Part shown: piece after piece, positions 60,601 to 64,000 of the stretch
Numbering within the stretch: position 1 is the stretch's first letter
Layout of the letters: every line of letters starts with the position of its first letter
Origin: Candidatus Multivorans sp.
GTDB taxonomy: Bacteria; Acidobacteriota; Thermoanaerobaculia; Multivoradales; Multivoraceae
Length of the DNA: 64,000 nucleotides
Reading direction: 5' to 3'
Assembly (NCBI GenBank): GCA_965247095.1
Contig: OZ251997.1
Coordinates: forward strand, 480,001 to 544,000
Made by a program: the position numbers and the translations under genes
Notes under the pieces: generated by a model
Databases searched by the model: none
Told to the model about the DNA's origin: nothing
Seen by the model: the letters and a program-made list of their open reading frames with translations, nothing else

Positions 60601-61827
60601 GAAGATGGTGCCGTCGGAGACGCGGGGCGCCTGTACGCGTTCGTGGCTCTGAGCCGCGCCGACGAGGGGGCGGCCCTCCAGGAACTTGTAGCGGTCCGGG
60701 TCGAAGAGGACGCCGTGCCGGGGCGGGAGCCGCAGCCGTGCCGCTTCGGCGCCGTTGTGGACCATCCGAAACAGGGTCAGCAGTCCTGCCCAGGTGCCGT
60801 AGCGCTGGTTCATCGTGTCGGGGTGGAGCGCGGCGTCGGCCCGCAGCCGTTCGTAGAGGCCGGCAAGGGAGTAGTGGCGTTCGAAGGTCCGGTTGTCGGA
60901 CAGCAGGCCGCGCTCTTCCGCGTAGAGCAGGAACACCAGCCGCAGGACCACCGTGAGCAGGCCGCGGTAGACGTCGTTGCGGTCTTCCCGGAGCTGTTGG
61001 TTCAGCAGGTCGCCGCGCGAGGCGTCGTGGGCTGCCTGGAAGCCGCGCAGCAGCTCGTAGAGGGCGTGCAGCACCTGTCTCGCGAGCTTCTCGCTGACCT
61101 CGTTCTGGTACTTGCGGCTGTCGGCGAGCAGGGCCGCCAAGCGCTGTTCCCGCGGCAGGGCCAGCAGCCGGCGCTCGTTCAGCAGCAGTCGAAGCGCGGT
61201 GCAGATCGGCCGGCCCGCCACCAACAGCATGTCGGCAACATTGAAGTCCATCCAGCCCGAGCTCTCGCCGTGCGGCGCCGAGACGAGGCGCAGGGCGCGG
61301 CCGTTGAAGAGCAGGCCGGCGGGGACTCTCTTCGCCCGGAGCAGTCGTTCCAGCCGGCTGTGGGGCGAGGCTTCGAGCCGGCCGGCGCCGGCGGCGACCC
61401 TGTCGAAGTCCTGGCCGGGCTCAAGGGCCTGCACCAGCAGTTGCCAAGCCGGGCCTTCCTCGCTCGGTTCTAGTTCGCGGACCGCGAAGTCGGGGCGCAG
61501 CGTCTCGCCGTAGTCGGGCAGGTGAAGGCTCAGATCCTCCGGCATCGGGGCGGCGCTGCCGCCGGCGTAGCCCCTGGGCGAGAAGTTCCAGCCGAGCACG
61601 GTGCGGGCGAACGGCTCGAAATCGGGCAGGAGGGCTGAGGGCTCGTCGCCCGATCCGGACCGCCGGCATTCAACGGCCGCCTGCAGGCGGCGCTGGCCCT
61701 CCTGGTCGCTGCGTTGCAGCACCGCGCCGGCCTTGTCCAGCGCCGGCGCCGAGACGACGAGACCGGTCGGCTGCACGAAGCCGAGCCACTCCAGGTGGGC
61801 GAGCGTGTTCGCGTTCGGTTGGGCCAT
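57670..61827 (-). CDS. drmMI: DISARM class 1 N6-adenine DNA methyltransferase DrmMI
   Basis: GSHYTP, DPAMGSGAFL (motif I), LYGVD, GNPPF (motif IV), LRYTPSDCFETFPFP; lies between drmD and drmA. Confidence 0.9.
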   Translation of the reverse strand: MAQPNANTLAHLEWLGFVQPTGLVVSAPALDKAGAVLQRSDQEGQRRLQAAVECRRSGSGDEPSALLPDFEPFARTVLGWNFSPRGYAGGSAAPMPEDLSLHLPDYGETLRPDFAVRELEPSEEGPAWQLLVQALEPGQDFDRVAAGAGRLEASPHSRLERLLRAKRVPAGLLFNGRALRLVSAPHGESSGWMDFNVADMLLVAGRPICTALRLLLNERRLLALPREQRLAALLADSRKYQNEVSEKLARQVLHALYELLRGFQAAHDASRGDLLNQQLREDRNDVYRGLLTVVLRLVFLLYAEERGLLSDNRTFERHYSLAGLYERLRADAALHPDTMNQRYGTWAGLLTLFRMVHNGAEAARLRLPPRHGVLFDPDRYKFLEGRPLVGAAQSHERVQAPRVSDGTIFRALEKLLVLDGERLSYRALDVEQIGAVYETMMGFQLERAGGRSAAIKAAKKHGAPATVNLEELLAEPAGSRVRWTKQRTDRNLTGKAAKAVHDAATLDELHAALDSVIDRDATPDLARRDDLILQPSEERRRSGSHYTPRSLTGPIVRDTLESILDRLRREAAHMGSVTPGNPGGAIRATREPLRAPVIGRTDGTRASRPASGESPTPPVPRPEQILDLCICDPAMGSGAFLVEACRQLGDVLVESWRYYDATPNIPPDSDETVHARRLIARNCLYGVDRNPVAVDLAKLSLWLATLARDHPLTFLDHAFRHGDSLVGLTLEQIQAFHWEGSQKRFQAGIETTWIRDQVQKALRLRREIQDAGEETPDKELRDRLDEAEHDLARVKTHGDLAVAAFFEGKKPKEREELRRQFAQALQPPPRDEATPPGAHAYAGWLDDLRKANPPLAPFHWKIEFPEVFLPGERENPGFDGIVGNPPFAGKNTIGNANVSGYKDWLQQVHEKSHGNADLVAHFFRRAFNLLRENGAFGLIATNTIAQGDTRATGLRYICEHGGAIYRARRRVEWPGLAAVIVSVLHIHRGPWTSARLLDGVPKPTITAFLFHSGGHEDPERLAENDGKSFVGSYVLGMGFTFDDTDKKGVATPLAEMERLIEDDPHNREAIFPYIGGAEVNASPTHAHHRYVINFRDYPLRREDGAERWNGASSEMRREWLRRGVVPVDYPSPVAADWPDLLAIVEERVKPERSKSKRASRRNRWWYYGDRQPALYAAIADLDRVLAIARVGQHAASTYLPNGMVYAETLIIFPLPTNAALCALQARPHELWARFFGSSMKDDLRYTPSDCFETFPFPQAWETHAALEAAGKAYYDYRAALMIENDEGLTKTYNRFHDRGQTSPAIQKLRDLHAAMDRAVLDAYGWTDIPTACKFILDHEIDEDTWGNKKKPYRYRWPDEVRDEVLARLLELNARRAEAEGQLNQA

Positions 61828-61830
61828 CGT

Positions 61831-62256
61831 CTACGGCGGGGTGAGCACGGGGATGACGCGGCGTCCAGCCTGACGGTAGATGCGAAAATCGGAGTCGAGC
61901 GTGAGAACCGAGGCGTTCTTTGTCTGCTCGACGATCCAGACCAGACAGGCATCCGCGAGCGACATCGGTATGTTGCCGTAGCGCCGCATCAAGCGGCCTA
62001 CGGCGCGGGCGTGGTCGGGGAATGCGAGTGGATCCGCGACTTTGAGGACACCGCGCTCGACGAGGGTGATCGGCAGGCTCGGATCGGCCGAGGCGCGAGC
62101 CAGCAGGAAGGAAGCCTCCGAGAGGACGGCCTCGCAGGTGAGCAGGGGCGGCGCCAGGGTCCTGAACTGATCGACGGCCCAAGCGTGATGCTCCTCGCGC
62201 GCGTCGAACGCCGCGACGATGGGCCCTGCGTCAACGACGACGGTCGGCTGTGGCAC
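61831..62256 (-). CDS. PIN-domain (VapC-like) toxin
   Basis: VVDAGPIVA, TCEAVLSEA, MSLADACLV, LTLDSDFRIYR. Confidence 0.88.
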   Translation of the reverse strand: MPQPTVVVDAGPIVAAFDAREEHHAWAVDQFRTLAPPLLTCEAVLSEASFLLARASADPSLPITLVERGVLKVADPLAFPDHARAVGRLMRRYGNIPMSLADACLVWIVEQTKNASVLTLDSDFRIYRQAGRRVIPVLTPP

Positions 62257-62533
62257 GGGCTCTTATCGTGGCCGGCCCGCGACCCGAGTCCGCAACGATC
62301 GCCTCCTCGAGGAAGCGCGGATTCGTTGCCAGGTCACCGTGGCCGCTGTCGACGGACCCGATGAGGTCGCTCATCAGATCGGCACAACTCGGCGCGGCGG
62401 GCTCGGGGAGGCCGTCAAGGCCCTTCTCGACGATATCGCGGAGAAGGGCCGACCGTGTGACGTTGCGCCTCCGCGCTTCGCTGTCGATGGCGGCGTGGAG
62501 CTCGGCGGGCAGCTTGATGGAGAGCGTGTGCAT
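62231..62533 (-). CDS. CopG/ribbon-helix-helix antitoxin
   Basis: MHTLSIKLPAEL..IDSEARRRNVTRSALLR, DLATNP; overlaps the PIN gene. Confidence 0.85.
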   Translation of the reverse strand: MHTLSIKLPAELHAAIDSEARRRNVTRSALLRDIVEKGLDGLPEPAAPSCADLMSDLIGSVDSGHGDLATNPRFLEEAIVADSGRGPATIRARATADRRR

Positions 62534-62608
62534 GAAGAAAGTGTAGTGCCAGTGGTTACAACATGCAATACGGTGCCGTCGTGGCGGACCTTTTTCAACG
62601 CGGCGGGG

Positions 62609-64000
62609 TCAGTTCGTCTCCGGCCACAGGTAGACGATGCCGAGCGGCTCCACCGGCGGCACGGCGCGGACCTCGTAGAAGTCGCGGACGCGCTGGGGCT
62701 CCTGCTCCAGGTCGCGGTCGAACTGCTCCAGGCGACGGCGCCAGGAGCGCATGTCGGCCGTCAACTGCCGCTCCTCGGCCTGGCTGAAGGCCAGGGTCCG
62801 TTGCACCAGCGCCGATTCCCGTCGCGCCAACTCGCCGCCGACGTGCCTGCGCTGGCTCTCCAGAGTCTCGCGGAGCTCCCGGCTTTCGCGCTCGCCACGT
62901 TCGCGCAGGCGCTCGGTTGCGGATTCCTCCATCGCGCTGGCGCGGGCTTCGAGTTGGGGCCGGAGTTCGTCGATGTCGCGAGAAGCCGAACCCAGGAGCC
63001 GGCGGACCACGACCTCGTTCACCGGGCGGCTGCCGGATCTCGCCAGCGACTGCTCGAGCAGGTCGAGGGCGCGAATCTCGGCGTCACGCGCGTAGGCGGC
63101 GAGCGGGGCGTTGCGGCGAGTCGGCTCGATCCACCGCGCCGCCACCGTGACCACCTCTTCGTGCAGCCGTTCGGCGCCCTTGCCGTAGAGGGTCAGCCGG
63201 CCGAGCAGGACGACCCGGGGGATCGAGTCGGCCGACTGGGCGAGGCAGGCGCGGGAGAGGTCGTGGTGGACGAAGCCCTGGGAACGGAAGCGGGCAAGCA
63301 GACGCTGGGCGACGCGCTGCTCCAGATGGAGGTGGACGGTGTCGTCGGTGAGGACGCCGGCGTCCTCGAACACCACCGGGCGCGGCGGCTCCTCCTTTCG
63401 CCACTCGGTGAGCTTCTGGTGGCGGCGCCGGGGCCGGCGGAGGGAATCGAGGGTGCCGGCCCAGGTCGGGTCGCCGTGGGTCTGGCCGTCCAGGGTGGGG
63501 AAGGTCCACATTTCGCCGCCGTCTTCGCTCCGCGTCCGCCTCAACGGTTTGGCGCCGACGAGTTCGAGCGAGCAGGAGAGGGCGTCGCGGAAGGCGTTCA
63601 CCTCGAACTGGACCCACTTGCGGGACCGTTGCAGGAGGTCCTGGCAGCGAGTGATCTGCCCCTTCAGTTCGTCCCGGCGTTGCCGCGCGGCTTCCAGTTC
63701 TTCGTTGGCGATGCGCCGGCGCTCGGCGTCGATGTCGGCGTGCTTGATCTCGCGCGCCAGGCGCTCGGCGTCGCGATGGCGGATGCCGGTCTTCGTCAGG
63801 CGGCGCTCCACCGAATCGTGGATCACCCTGGAGAGGCTGCCGAGTTCGGTCTTGATCGTCTCGGTCTTCCTGACGAGGACCTGCAGTACGCGGTCCTCGG
63901 CGCGTTGGGGCAGGACGAAGTAGTGGCAGCGGACCTCGTGCGCGGGCTGCAGCTTGCGGTCGATGCGGCCGTTCCGCTGCTCGATCCGGCCCGGATTCCA
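62609..64000 (-). CDS. drmD: DISARM SNF2-like helicase DrmD (5' part beyond window)
   Basis: Frame open from the edge: WNPGRIEQRNGRIDRKLQ (helicase motif VI), VHLHLEQR, ERLHEE, C-terminal GIVYLWPETN. Confidence 0.9.
   Translation of the reverse strand, partial: WNPGRIEQRNGRIDRKLQPAHEVRCHYFVLPQRAEDRVLQVLVRKTETIKTELGSLSRVIHDSVERRLTKTGIRHRDAERLAREIKHADIDAERRRIANEELEAARQRRDELKGQITRCQDLLQRSRKWVQFEVNAFRDALSCSLELVGAKPLRRTRSEDGGEMWTFPTLDGQTHGDPTWAGTLDSLRRPRRRHQKLTEWRKEEPPRPVVFEDAGVLTDDTVHLHLEQRVAQRLLARFRSQGFVHHDLSRACLAQSADSIPRVVLLGRLTLYGKGAERLHEEVVTVAARWIEPTRRNAPLAAYARDAEIRALDLLEQSLARSGSRPVNEVVVRRLLGSASRDIDELRPQLEARASAMEESATERLRERGERESRELRETLESQRRHVGGELARRESALVQRTLAFSQAEERQLTADMRSWRRRLEQFDRDLEQEPQRVRDFYEVRAVPPVEPLGIVYLWPETN

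Overview
High-GC bacterial chromosomal window, most likely Acidobacteriota (Thermoanaerobaculia-like). This is an inference from an Acidobacteria-type VWA protein, a PKD protein with the lineage-typical 'SGLFWFF..WE.L.KVLDGC..NGH.WVF' domain, and two PQQ-like propeller paralogues. Bases 1-40.2 kb are mostly housekeeping: clpC, bamA-skp-lpxD-fabZ-lpxA, mtnP-surE-pcm-apt, tRNA-Arg(CCT), tatA, a thymidine phosphorylase, cinA-plsY-gpsA-guaA, lgt-thiD, nnr-tsaE, phoH, an HD protein, a single-ORF YbeY-Era fusion, and glnA. This part also holds small scars: a decayed tandem tRNA copy and a collapsed mcrBC remnant. From about 40.2 kb to the window end lies a defence island built around a class 1 DISARM locus on the minus strand (drmD partial, drmMI, drmA, drmB, drmC). 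An RHH/PIN toxin-antitoxin pair sits between drmD and drmMI. About 9.6 kb of cargo sits between drmMI and drmA: a HEPN-like gene, a translationally coupled NYN nuclease + NACHT/STAND NTPase-pentapeptide pair (the best candidate for an undescribed system), an ASCH gene hit by an IS1634, an orphan DUF5131 gene, and an ABC-ATPase + TOPRIM (DUF4276-like) pair. All family assignments are from motif recognition by eye; no database searches were run.
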